DNA of 64,000 nucleotides from Tubulanus polymorphus (taxonomy: Eukaryota > Animalia > Nemertea), in the NCBI RefSeq assembly GCF_964204645.1, contig NC_134035.1, forward strand, positions 1,550,001-1,614,000, written 5' to 3'. Made by a program: the position numbers and the translations under genes. Below the pieces are notes generated by a model. The model was not told the origin of the DNA. It made no database searches and saw nothing but the letters and a program-made list of their open reading frames with translations. Positions 39,711 through 52,253 of the stretch are shown piece by piece (the stretch's first letter is position 1; each line of letters begins with the position of its first letter).

Positions 39711-40590
39711 TCACTCTTTCCCCATCCAGTTTGTATTTATCTAACTCTCTTCATTCTGTTTGCCCCATTTTCCCCATGCCCCAATGCCCTACCCATCTCT
39801 CACTCCCTCTCCCATCCCTCACTCCTCACCCTCTCACTCCCCCTCCCTCTCACTCACTCCCTCACTCCCTCTATTCTCACCCCTCTGTTTCTCTCTATTT
39901 CCATTGTTATTCTGTGATGATCAAAATCTCACCATGGTTTCGCACGGTTCAGGTGTTGATGTAATCGCGTTCTGTACGAGACAATCTCAGCGTCGATCTA
40001 GACGCAATGATACGCATCTCAAATCACAACAGTACAACAGTTCGTTAGATTCATTCTTTCGTTTATTCTAAAAACTGTAAGTTTGATCACCGGATTTCGT
40101 GTTGTAATTAATCAGTTGAACCGTTCCGCTATCGTGTGGGTGTGTGTAAGATATGATAGATTCATTAGAAAAAAAAGATTCAGATTTCAACATGATTCGC
40201 ACAGATTCGCGTAGGAATGATTAACTCTTTACTCGGTAGCAATTGACTCAATACGATATTTCTGCGTAAGTAACCGTTTAACCTCGTCTTGCGGTTTGCG
40301 GTTTAGTAACTCTAGTTATCAGCGGCTGTTTAATATATACAGATATATATAAAGGTCATAACTTATTCATTCATTCATTGATCAGATTGAAGGTTTTCAT
40401 CGCTGTCTGAATCAACTTCCACTTATAAGCCGTAACAGATCAAGGTAAAGAGTGAACAGAGGCTGCTCGAATATATAGCAATTCAGTATATATATATACC
40501 ATAACCTCGTTTTCACTGTTTTCACTAACTGACGTCTATCTAATTTATCTATTTATTTATTTTTAAGTTAAACCGATTAATAAGATAAAG

Positions 40591-40703
40591 GATAAATGAA
40601 GAAATCCCACACTTCGAATTTGAAATTATGCTAATGTGGTTTCGTAATAATAAATTTGATAGTATAATTTCAAATTCGAAGTGTGGGATTTTTTTCATTT
40701 ATC
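40591..40703. repeat. Inverted repeat (about 43-bp arms)
   Basis: GATAAATGAAGAAATCCCACACTTCGAATTTGAAATTATGCTA and its near reverse complement; a CGAAAC remnant in the loop on the minus strand. Confidence 0.7.
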
Positions 40704-42638
40704 TACAGTTTACACGGATTATAGCGTTTATTCGACAACTAAGATAAAGGGTGTGTATAGGGCCTACTTTATCCGTACCAAAAATCAGGATTGTATCTAT
40801 CTTAGTTTCTGAGATATAAAGAACCACGGATCGACGTATCTCAACTTCATGGCGAAGTCATTTTTTCAAAAACGTCAGGAAATGTTTTTTAGAAAATACA
40901 TTACAGTCATTGAATGTGGATCTGTTTAATGTGGATCGCGATCTTATCCACATGGTCGACTTATACGTAAATGTATAATGTATGTAAAAATATGATGTAA
41001 GATTTAAATTTCTGATAAACTGGATGAATTTCATCCGTCGTCGCAACTGATCGAAATTTAACTGCAATCTCTTATAATCAATGTATCACCTGGTGGCTGT
41101 TTTTACATCAGTCATAAAAGGACTTTCACAAAGAAAGTTACACCCTCAACCATATGGCTGGCTAGCCTGAAACTTGGATTGTTTTGATGTCTTACAGTTT
41201 GTTTGTTATGATTTGAGGGGATGAGTATCCCTCGTATCTTACCATGTATTCAGTCCTAGGGTCTAGGGTCTAGAAACCTTCTCGGTCGTTCCCCCTGATG
41301 ATAGAAAAAACTTGAAAGGCCTACATATGTATTATATATAATCAGTATAGAAACTTCGATGTCAAACATCGGGTTAAAATGAGTTGGGTTGATTGTTATT
41401 ATGTAAACAAAATATCAACAAACAACCACCAGCATGCCAGACTCGAAGGTTCTAAGGTTTGGGGGGGAAGGGGGGTGGGGGGAACAGACAAACATGCCAT
41501 GATCATCATTATAACAACAGTTGAAAATATAAATATCCTCAGCAGTGTTAACCCTTAGGCTATTTATCTAACAAGGTGCCTGAACACATGAGGCAAACAT
41601 TGGACGGAACAAGATACGTTTTGGGAAAATCTGATGCATTCCATACTTTTGCTTCTGGACCGACATACACAAAAATCTTTGGATAATCTGATGCATTTCG
41701 ACTGCTTCTAAACTCGCTAAAATCATCTCTTAACGATTGGCATGATTCTTTAAGCCCTGCATGCACAAGGCTGGGAAACTCAGAAACACTGAATCAAACT
41801 TGTTTGATCTTAGAAACATTGTTCCCCGAAACTGTGTTTCTTGTAAACGCACAAGACAGGGAAACGCTCGGAAATATTCTTTTTCTGTAAGTCGTGTGCA
41901 TTGGACTTAACGTAACACAAGATGTGTTATCTGTCAGTTTAGGGCTCAGTGGAGAGTTACACCAACATACATGATAGACCTATTATATCGTTTATCAGGA
42001 CCGTGAAATGAATCTGGCTCGTAATAATCCAGCGAGATTGGCTGAGGGTCGATCCAAAAAATATCACGGTCAATGTTGTTTTGCCCCTACCTGGTTCCAG
42101 GTGAAGGTGGTGGTGGTGGTCGTGCACTGTCCAAGGATAGGAGAGATGGGAAGAGATAGAGGGTGATTTAGGGGAGAATGAGCAAGAGACTAGAGAGAAA
42201 GAGTTGAAGAAGAGAGAGCAAGAGATAAGATATTCTCTATGGGTGTTCATTAGCCTCTTTAGCCTGACTCTTCTTACTTGGCAACCGTTGATAATGAAAT
42301 CTGTTGTTATTGATGATGAGAGCGTCGTAGCAACAGTAACTAATGCGAGTAGAAGCAAAACAGGAAGATCTGGAACAGATAAAAAGTGTAAGCCTAGAAA
42401 AAACCTGTCGTGTTTGAGGGATAATGTTCGTCTTATAGTTCAAGGTTCGGGTTTATTCTAGAATTGTGGAACAGTATCTGTACATGGTGTGACTTAGTAA
42501 ACAGCAACGCTCAAAGTTTCATTGTATTCTAAGCATAAGTCCAAAAAAGATCTTCAGTCTTTTGATACTTGTCATACAAAACTTCAGTAGATTTTCATAG
42601 AAAAAAATACTCTTTAACTCGGTCGAACAAAAAACGGC

Positions 42639-42846
42639 CACAGTATGAAGAAAAACTAAGCGTGTATTTTGACGTTTCGACTCAATTTTGGAGCGATTTT
42701 AAAACAGATGTATTACACATTGAACTCAATATAAGCAGTTGTAACCATAAGACATCTGTTACAACTACGCTGCTTTGAAAAAATACTGTAGCTCATAGAA
42801 TTGAGTCAAAACGTCAAATTCTCTATTCGTTTTTCTCCATATTGTG
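42639..42846. mobile_element. Diverged palindrome with partial hammerhead cores
   Basis: Arms 42639-42687 and 42799-42846 contain GAGTC(G/A)AAACGTC; the CTGANGA box is degenerate. Confidence 0.45.
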
Positions 42847-43142
42847 ATTTTCTTCAGGTGTAAAGTTGTGAGGTCGGATAAAAAACCGAGATCGTCTCTA
42901 AAATTGATAAGCTTCGGCTCAAAGATAAGATGGGTGTTAAGTTGTTAGGTATTGCTCGTAGGGTCAGCTATATGAACTGATGATGGGGGCTGACGTTGAT
43001 CTGGAATGTCTTGCACTCCTCAATCTAAGCGTTTGCCTGAATGGTCACTACAACCTTTTTCTTCTTTTTTCTCAACAGGTATAAATCGTCACGTTCACCA
43101 CTTCGCTCGGACCTAGTCATGTGACCTGACACACGCGTCGTC

Positions 43143-43409
43143 ATGACGACGAACATACAGGAATTGCTGTGGTCGGACGAGTATAAAGACTTCAGCGATT
43201 TCGTGTTGATCGAAAGCGCGTTCGTTCTGGTCACTCAACGCAGCCACGGTACGAAGAACGTGCACGCCGCGTTGACCAACGATAAACTGATTATAGCGTT
43301 ACCGCCTGACGACCGCGTCGATGGCGGAAACGACCTTGAACTCGCTAAACTGGTGCCGTTGCCGTTTTTAGATGTCTCGATCATCGATAAACAAAGAAAG
43401 CGTCTGCAG
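43143..43409 (+). CDS. RasGEF-domain protein, coding exon 1 (PH-like fold, first part)
   Basis: Acceptor CTTTTTTCTCAACAG at 43078, ATG 43143, MTTNIQELLWSDEYKDFSDFVLIESAFVLVT..LTNDKLIIA..KRLQ, donor CAG|GTTAGT, phase 0. Confidence 0.85.
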
Positions 43410-43467
43410 GTTAGTAACCGCTGGTTCAATCACAAGTTCATCAATTTTTCACCAAGTTTTCTTTTAA

Positions 43468-43732
43468 CCCTTTCAGTGCTGACTATTTGATACACGAAAG
43501 TGCTGGGGATAATTTGAAAATTGTAAAAATTCCTCCACTGCGTTGAATAATGGGCAAACTGCTTTAGCGCATCTACACCGCGGTGCGATGTATCGTTAGT
43601 TACTGATATTTCATTATGTTTGACAGGTGCTGCCATCTTTTCATTGAATCTAAAACTAATTACTAATAACATCAACTTAGCAAAGTCAAACATCGATTAT
43701 ACACCGCACTGCAGTGTAGACCATGGCAAGGG
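43468..43732. mobile_element. piggyBac-type MITE, second copy (right TIR degraded)
   Basis: TTAACCCTTTCAGTGCTGACTA start, internal similarity to 35322-35611; a further partial copy lies at about 51075-51280. Confidence 0.75.
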
Positions 43733-46392
43733 TTGAATCGTAGCTCAATCCTCTGTTCCCCGCACACTAATGTCAAGTACATAGCGCAAACTCAGCGCTA
43801 CAAAAATATATCAAATTTACTTACTATGGCATAGGCCTAGTCAATGATATCAAGCGAGTTAGGAAAATAGATTTTATAGTTAGCTTATTCTGGGGTTGTT
43901 ACATATAGTCTGGATCCTTGTCTGGTTCGCCAGCGAAGATGATTTTAAAAAAAACCTATACTGGTCCGACGTTTTTGGTCAGGCGAAATGATGTAGTTAT
44001 TTCAATGTGCGTGACAGCAGTGCGTATAATGGGTGTACGCTTCACTCGGTTATCACCGGGTTAATAAACCGCCTGCAGACGACACCAATCTCCCCTCCGT
44101 CTGTCCGCGTCTACAAACTGTCACTGATAATGATGTATAATTTTCTTGTCGCGAAACTGAAATCGAAAATGCCGTAGGAATTCTGCTCACTGAAAAAGCT
44201 GACCGAATATCGGTGGCAAAGAAATACCGCCGGCGGCTGTGTGCGTCAATAGAATATAACAGCAGTGAGGATGGGGCGACTGCTTCTAAGGAGTACCAGC
44301 ACACACCAGATGGCGCAATAATACACTGTTATTCGTAACGAAAGAATAAGTTCATTTTCAATGAAATTCAAATCGGATTTTCAGGCCGAATACAATCAAT
44401 TAGAGTCATCAAATAGATAAGATTCACATTTTCATATCGTATCGATTTCACTGAAAATTAATGATTTGCTTAATGGACCTAAGTTGATTTGAATTTAATT
44501 GAAATGTAGAAGAATTAAGAGCGTGGTAACCCAGTAATCAGTAGCAACAGGGGGTAACCACTGACATGGAAAACCTGGAAAACTTAGAGAAACTGACGAA
44601 TTTTACCAAAAACCTGGAAAACTCAGGGAATTCGGATAATATTATTGACCGCGTGTTTCTTCGTCGATACACGATTCAATGAAAAATGAATAAATCGTAA
44701 CATTTTAAACCAGCAAATTTCTCTGATTCACCGAGTATTTTGTGTAATCGCATGGAAAAATCAGGGAAAACTCTGGGATTTTGTAAATTGATAATTTGAA
44801 TGGGGGCCACTACGGTAAGAGGGGCCGGTAGCCGATGATTCATGATGAATTTGAGCGTAAATAGTGCGGTCAATGACAATCAATCGCGATGTGTCTCGAT
44901 AATTTCTATATCACCTTTCTGTTCACAAGTGAGCCATTTACGATCGCTTCACAAATATGATATAACTCTATTAGTCAATAGTCACTAGTGCTAGTCAATC
45001 TAATTTCCTCATTAATTCAGTTTCTGTTCATCGCAAATCGATTTAAAAGTTGAACCGTTTTGCAAAAGAGAAATCCGAGTAGATGTAAACATAATGAATC
45101 GGCCAATCAAATAGCCACTTGAATGCGGGGGTTCTTAAATTAACTATTCAAAATTCTCCACTGGAGAGAGGACCTTTCACTTTTAAAAGCTCTTAAGTTC
45201 ATGTGATATTGATTCTTGACGGGTTTCGATAAAGCGAACAATATTGGATATGATATTTAATAATCGCAGTTAAGAGTACGCAGTGAGTGTGGTGGAGTGC
45301 GTATTTGACTAACACTGAATGGGAATCGTGGAATCATAGATTCCGTGAAATCTGGCTAATGAATCGTATTTACTCACAGCACCGCGGACGACACCGGGCG
45401 ACGTCGTCCGTTTATAGAATCAACGATAACTTTATTTAATTAACGCTAAATTTGTCGTAAACGAAATCAGAAGAATTACTCGCCGTGCGTGGGGTGTGCG
45501 TGTTGGGTAATGATTCATTCCGGTGTTTGATGAGGGGGCGTTCATTAATAACAACCAATTTAAAAAACGAATAAAAACACTCATCTCTTCGGTTTTAAGG
45601 GTAAGCCACAATCACGCAGTGACGTTAGCCACCTTCACACTATGGTATTTCATCCTCGCTTGCCAGATTTTGATTTGATTGCCTCTGGCTGTAGTTCATG
45701 CCAACGCAAACTCTGGCTGCAAACCCTTCATTGCTCTTACACCACCCAAGATTTCTCAGGCAGACGGGTTGCCACGCGGGTTGCCACGCGGCAGCTACCA
45801 GTCTATTGCAAATTGTCCTGTTCCATTCTAGAACAGATCAATTTCGGCCAACTTAAAAAGACCATCCGATTTGGCCCGGGTCAAACTGGCCGGACCAGGC
45901 AGAGTCAAAACTGTCACTTGTTATTAAGATACTATCAAAACAATGCTATGGCAAGTGAGGTGAGTTACTGCCACGACTAATTAGGGTTCACTAAGAATAA
46001 TTGGTCACGGTCCAATCTTTTTGGAAGGGCCAAATTTGGTCCGTGCCAAACAGGTTTCCCATTAGGCGGCACTGGATAATATCTCCTTTCATAGTTCAAC
46101 GCGATAAATAGGAAAAACTTCACCATCATTTGAGGAGTTGTTTTTAGACGACATTAGTATGTGTCACTGTACGAGATTATCTCGTTGCGGTTAAAGCTGA
46201 CAGCGACCGCGATTAATAGCAGAAACCAGCCGCAACCGGTTTACAACATCACAACTGTTGAAGTGATTCAAGTGAAGATGTGTCTAGGTCTATGTGTACA
46301 TTGTTTAAAGCATCTAGTTTTATAGTTGCTTTAGACTACTCCACATCACAACCCGGACAGTGCCTGTCTATTCTCCGGCTTCTGTGAGACCC

Positions 46393-46731
46393 CATCCTCC
46401 CTCTGCAGGGATTCGAACCTGATGGCATCGCTACACTCAGCCACGGCACGAACCCCTGCATCCGTAGACCGGGTGCGCAGGTACATGCGCAGCTTTCCGA
46501 ACGAAAACTGGCGGCACCAATCAGATTGCTCGTTGTATAATCGTTGAGGCAAATTTCAAGGAAGAACTATAAATGGGAAAACCTGGGCTAAAATAAAACG
46601 GGATTTCTGATTGGCTAAAAATCACATCATCTGAACTGCGCATGTATCTGCGCATACGGTCGATTATGGCAGGGTTTCGTGCCGTGGCAATCTCGATGCC
46701 ATCAAGTTCGAATCCCTGCCGGGGGAGGATG
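46393..46731. mobile_element. Long-TIR MITE with 9-bp TSD (Mutator-like)
   Basis: GTGAGACCC direct repeats at 46384-46392 and 46732-46740; termini CATCCTCC...GGAGGATG with about 130 bp of imperfect inverted repeat. Confidence 0.8.
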
Positions 46732-46884
46732 GTGAGACCCTCTCGTACTGTCTATCTGTGTGTCTGTCTTTTAGTTACTTAGCTTCATTAATAGTGGGTC
46801 GATTTGGAAACAACTTGGGTACGATGTTCATTTGTGGGTCACACTCAAACGTGGTGAACGGATAATAGGATAAAAACCCAATAT

Positions 46885-46993
46885 GTACAATTAAAAGAAT
46901 TTAAAATCGAGAATTTATTTCTAAAATGTAAAAACACGACGTTTCAATCTTACACTAGAGATCATCATCGTCAGGTCATACTTTTAATTGTAC
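46885..46993 (-). mobile_element. Hammerhead-bearing Penelope-like remnant with flanking inverted repeat
   Basis: CTGACGA-TGAT-GATCT-CTAGTGTA-AGATT-GAAAC-GTC followed by AATAAA; GTACAATTAAAAG / CTTTTAATTGTAC at the ends. Confidence 0.6.
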
Positions 46994-49900
46994 TTAGTAA
47001 AAAGCTTTTTAAACTTAATAAACCGAGCTACGTAATATACTATTTTCAATACATATTTGCAATACACATGTCTATTTGTGGCCCGGTGCGGCACCTAGCT
47101 GCGAAAGAGTAGTAGTAGCTGAATGATAAAATGACCTTCCGATAGCCTATTTTGGCATAGGTTTAATTGTAGGATCACAATGAGAGTGAACCATACATCA
47201 ACGACCGGCACTCACGTGTGGAAACCACCACGGTATATGACACCGGAACTGTAGATGAAGTGAATCGAGTGAAGATGTGTTGAGATCTGATACGTGCCGC
47301 GTTAAAAGCGAGCGGCGTCTAGTTTTACGGTTGCTATAGAGTTCCCGCCCTACGACACTGTCGCCGAGTCACCCCCACCCCTCTAGTCGTCGGTCGTTCG
47401 ATCAATTCGTTCAACAAACAATGCGATGTTGTCACATGTGATACTGTTTGTATACGTACACACTCTTCTCGTGCTGTTCGTTCGTTCGTTCAATTCATTT
47501 GAATTATATCATATTCAGTTGGTTCGGATCGGAATTAGTAGTACTTCTATTGCAGCAATTAGTACGCGTACACGTCAATGTGCATGTGTGCAGCCTGTTA
47601 TATCTGGAAATATGCCGTTGAACCATTGAACTATTTGCTTATGGTCGGACACAGCGTTTCAAAAATGAATGGTTTGTGAATAGTTTTGGAGATAGCGCGC
47701 AGTTGACGTTTTGTTTTTTGTTTTGATCAGATTTTCGAGATACGCCTTTTAGAAGAGAGCGAGTCTTCATCTTCCATCTCGTATTCATTACGTCCAACAT
47801 AATCATCCAGTTTCACGCGTAATTAGGCGTTTATGGCGATTGGAGATCCGAGGACAGAGCAGAGGATAATCGAACAATGGGATACGGGAATGGAAACTAG
47901 ATACAACGGGATAGATACAATGGGATATGGAAACTAGAGACAGATATCTCCGCTATTGCTCGGATTCAAATAACTATTTTAACTTGAACGCGCACGAGGA
48001 ACGACTTTGAATTGTTGTATTTTGTTGATATGTCGCTACGTAAGCTGCTCAGTCGCCGATGCGATCTCGAAGCGAGTAGATAACGTTATTGCGGATTGTG
48101 AAATTTATATTTTACGGATTATTATCGACGCGCTGTAGACGTCGTCGTCGTCGTTACAAACACATCCGACATATTGCGCTAACTGCGTATTAAACAGTGT
48201 GAAAATATGGGGGATATTAGTTTTCGACGAAAATCGATTCGATTTAATAATACTCGACGCATTACCTCGACGCATTGTACCCCGTTTCTCGGTAAACGTG
48301 AAAAAAAGCTACCTACGCGCGCGGATTTCTGTCGTGGTTTTGTGTTTCGTTGAACGACACATTTCGTCCTCGAGATAATGCGTAATGCGATTCGGAGAGA
48401 GGGAGAGAGAGGGGGAGAGATTCGTTAGAATTTGTCGCCACGTCAAATCGGAAGCCGTTCTTATCGACAGACGATAAAATGCTTTTTTGTTTTCTTTATT
48501 TTCGCGTAGCCGAATTCGTCGACCGAACTAATAGTTTCTATAGTTACGATTTACGTTAACAGATTGTTCGGCGCGTCTATTCGTAAAAAGCAACGTTTAA
48601 CGGAATAGCTTTAAACGCCTCCCTACCCCCCACTAACGCCGGGCTGTGATTTAATAAAAGGGACCCGTATTCATTTGTTCGGCGTATTAGAGAACAATGA
48701 ACGTCCGACCGAGGACTACTGCACGCCATGTGACAGAGCGAGCATGGAGCATCGCGTTTTAGCACGATAACAGTCGCAACTTCAAACGCAATTCGAGGTG
48801 TCAATTACATCAATAATATGAATCACATCATCAGAGAGTTCATCATTTACGGATAGATAAACCGTTTGCAATAGATTTGCAATTTTCGCTTGTGACAACA
48901 TTTGAGTTTTCATCATTCACGAATAAACCACGCGGAATTGATTTATATTTTTCGCCATTTTGACGCTTATGATAGAAAAAAACGGAGAAAAGCGTAGATA
49001 TGTGAGAGATGATTGTTAGATATTTTGTACGCAGTAAGGGATATGATAATTAAACATGTGGGATGTTAATATATTGTTGGACGGTGATTCGAAGCGTTGT
49101 AAACTGACTCGATACGCGAAATATGTAAGTTTTATGCGTTGAAGATTTTCTCGAATCTGCAAAGCGAGTTTTCTGGGGGATATCAAAGGGTTGAATCCTG
49201 GACGTCGGTCTGTTGTCATAGATTTGCATATCAAATTTTCCCCTAGGGGCGAGTCTTCAAATGCACAATTGTCAATTTAATGGTGTCTATCGGCTTCTCA
49301 GGACAACCTACCTTTGTATCAGTACTAGTTGAAATGAGGGTTTGGGTATTGGGTAGGGCCTATATTTAGAGTAGGCTAAGTGTTCTAAGGATGGAGTAGG
49401 TTCATGGTAGTGTAGGCCACAGGATAAGTGAAGGATAAGGCCGAGTGGAGGTAATATCGTGAAAACCCACGATATAATACAAATATAGAAGATCAAAAAT
49501 GAAATTCAATTTATCAAGAATTAAAATCAAAGACAGTTTGAGAGAACTGAGAGGTCTCGAATCTTAGCTTGAAATGTATACGGAATCGTAGATTCTCATG
49601 GAATCTCGATCAGTTAATGCTCATGTATATAGTATATCAGTTCACCTATAAGTGTTGGCACCCGGTGTGATATAATCTTACTCTCTTCTAGTTGCCCGTA
49701 GTTATTGAATATGTTTGTTTTATAGCGTTATCAAAACAGTATTTCTAGCTGTATAACCTTCACACACTGCCGAGCATCATCATCAAAATAACGATAAAGT
49801 TGTGAATGTACAGGTGTGAGGAGGAGGAACGTGTGTTGTGCCCATTAAAACCCGCCGTGCGCCATAAACCATGTCACGCTGCCTCGGTCTGTTGCGTTTT

Positions 49901-50039
49901 ATGCCCTGCTAAGGTTACCCACGGAATTTCTTCGTTCTTTTTTCATGCCTCTAACCATTGAGCGCCACTCGCGGGACATCAGTAGGTTACAATTATTTTA
50001 CCTTTTTACCTTTCCCCCCTCGACTAGCAGAGAGACACT

Positions 50040-50395
50040 CGGGACGTCGATAACAGGTTGACTTGTCTTAGTCACTTTCAAACCACTGGGTACGTTCAAG
50101 GCATTAACAAGTTCAAGGTTTCCTTTTTCTTTGACATGCTGAACCCTACTAAGCACATTATCAACAGGTTCAAGGTTTTTTATATTTGCTTCATCCCGCT
50201 GAGTATTGCTCAGGACATTATTAGCAGAGCCTTCTTTACCTTCCAACCCACCAAGTACCACTGCAGGCATTATAAACAGCAGATTGTCTTTAACCCCTTA
50301 AACCAATCGGTATTGCTCAGGGTATCATCAACAGGTTCAAGGATTTCTTTTTTCCTATAAACCACAGAGTATTGCTCGGGACATTATCAGCAGGT
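50040..50395. repeat. Degenerate tandem repeat, about 55-60-bp unit
   Basis: Recurrent AACC.CTGAGTATTGCTCAGG.CATTATCAACAGGTTCAAGG. Confidence 0.7.
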
Positions 50396-51320
50396 CTATA
50401 GTTTAATTCTATTTGTTCTATAAGCCAAAGGTTTATGACCAAAACACTCCAGGGCTGCCATAACCGGGACTCGGAAGCCATGAACCACCGGGCGGTCCCC
50501 GTGTTAACGTTGTAGACAGGATCTCTTCTTGTGATGCCTTTAATTCACCATTAACCGCAATCAGATTTCTCAGATTATCTGTCATTAAAACCATTTTCAA
50601 TATTTCTCGTTAACAGCAATCTTCGATTTTTCACAAACATTTTTCAAATTCCATAAATACATTAGTAATAGGAGTAGTTGTTATACATGAACGCATGCAT
50701 GCTATTCATGTATGCTGATATTTCAAATACGTTCTGCTGTGACAACTCTCTCTCTCTCTCTCTGTCGCCTACTCCGATTACATTTATCAATGAATAAAAT
50801 CCATATCTTAATCACCTCAACATATGTCGACATTAAATTGATGTACATTTAACGTGATACATTGTACACCCGTACTTTGAAAATGACTCTGGCGCCGGTC
50901 GTTCGCACGCTCGCTTGCCACAGGTAGCTCTGGACATGTGTTTTTTATGATACCAGTAGACTCTGCTTAAGTCTGACCTTTTGACTTGACAGTGATACCC
51001 GAGTTGGATGGTACAGTAGACTACTTAGTGCTGACTGATTGAGATAATTTGAAGATTTTTGTAAATTCGGCCCCAGTGCTCTGTATACCAGGCATACCGC
51101 TGAAGATCATCTGCACCATGGTGCGATGTATCTTTAGTTACTCATATTTCAGAATGTTTGACAGGTGCTGCCATCTGAGATATTCACAAATTACTAGTTA
51201 CACCAATACACTGCGATGCGGTGTACTAGCAAAGTCCATCATCGATTCATACACCGTACAGTGGTGTAGATGCACTGTATTACGACTTTTTCTAATAAAT
51301 GCTTTGTTTTCTAATTACAG

Positions 51321-52253
51321 GTGAATTTGCTCAACAATGAAACGATTTATTTGGAATTGCGTGAAAACGGCGGCGCTAACAACGCGAACGTCTGGAACGA
51401 TTGGGAAAATAAAGTGCAGTCGCTTCGTAAAAACGATGACGACGCCGCAACCAGCGACAAAACATCGGACAAAAAATCATCGGGATGGGGTAGAAAGAAA
51501 AAAGACAAAAAGCAAAAAGAAAAGAAGAAAGACGCGGCGGATAAAACGAAGAAAGATAAAAATGACGTCGGGGATGAATTCGACGGCGAGTTAAAAACTA
51601 AACTCGACGAAACGTTGCCGTTAGAAACGGCGGGCAGTAAAACCGACCACGATTTAGACGAAGAAGATGACGATGATTTAGACGCGGTGATCGCCGACTT
51701 GAAACAACTCGATTTAAAAAACGATGATTCCGACGATTCAACCACCGATTCAAAAAACGGATCAACAACCCATGGTTCAAGCGATTCAGCTGTTGCCACC
51801 GAAGACGACGACGAAGTCAAGGTCGAGGAGGAGCAACGGCAGACGCAGCGGACGAAGCAGCAGATGAAACCGGAGCCATGGGTTACGCCATTATCGAAGC
51901 GAACTACCGTCTCTAAAAACGAACAATTTCAGAAATTTGGCGCGACGTCGTTGAAGACGTCGGCGCCGGCGGCGTTTATACGTCGCATGTCGCTCGGAAT
52001 ATCTAACATCCTCGGTTTGGAAAAACCGAAAGCGGTGCGCGCCACGCGTGGTGGCGCGCGTTTACGCAAAGCGTTATCGATGTCGGACTTCGCCGCGGCG
52101 AGTCCGCATTTTATCTGTAACCGTTACATGTCGGAGGCAGCTTTCATCGACCGAACAGTATTATTGAAGTGGTATTCGCTACCGAGTTTACTCGACGGTG
52201 ATCCGATCGTATTCAGCAGCGTCGATTCGCCGTCTGCTACCGTCTCGACGAAG
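51321..52253 (+). CDS. RasGEF-domain protein, coding exon 2 (end of PH-like fold, K/D-rich disordered region)
   Basis: TTCTAATTACAG|GTG AAT..; 311 codons open; ..VWNDWENKVQSLR resembles a PH C-terminal helix; donor AAG|GTATGA; phase 0 to 0. Confidence 0.9.

Noticed and set aside
39276-40071. Long ORFs of 213, 212 and 103 aa
   Set aside because: Produced by a stop-poor minisatellite and CT tract; open in several frames with no domain signal.
46400-46720. tRNA gene suggested by GTTCGAATCC
   Set aside because: No cloverleaf with D and anticodon arms; the motif is part of MITE terminal repeats.
51337-51820. Overlapping and antisense ORFs (85, 157 and 60 aa)
   Set aside because: Shadows of the real low-complexity RasGEF exon.
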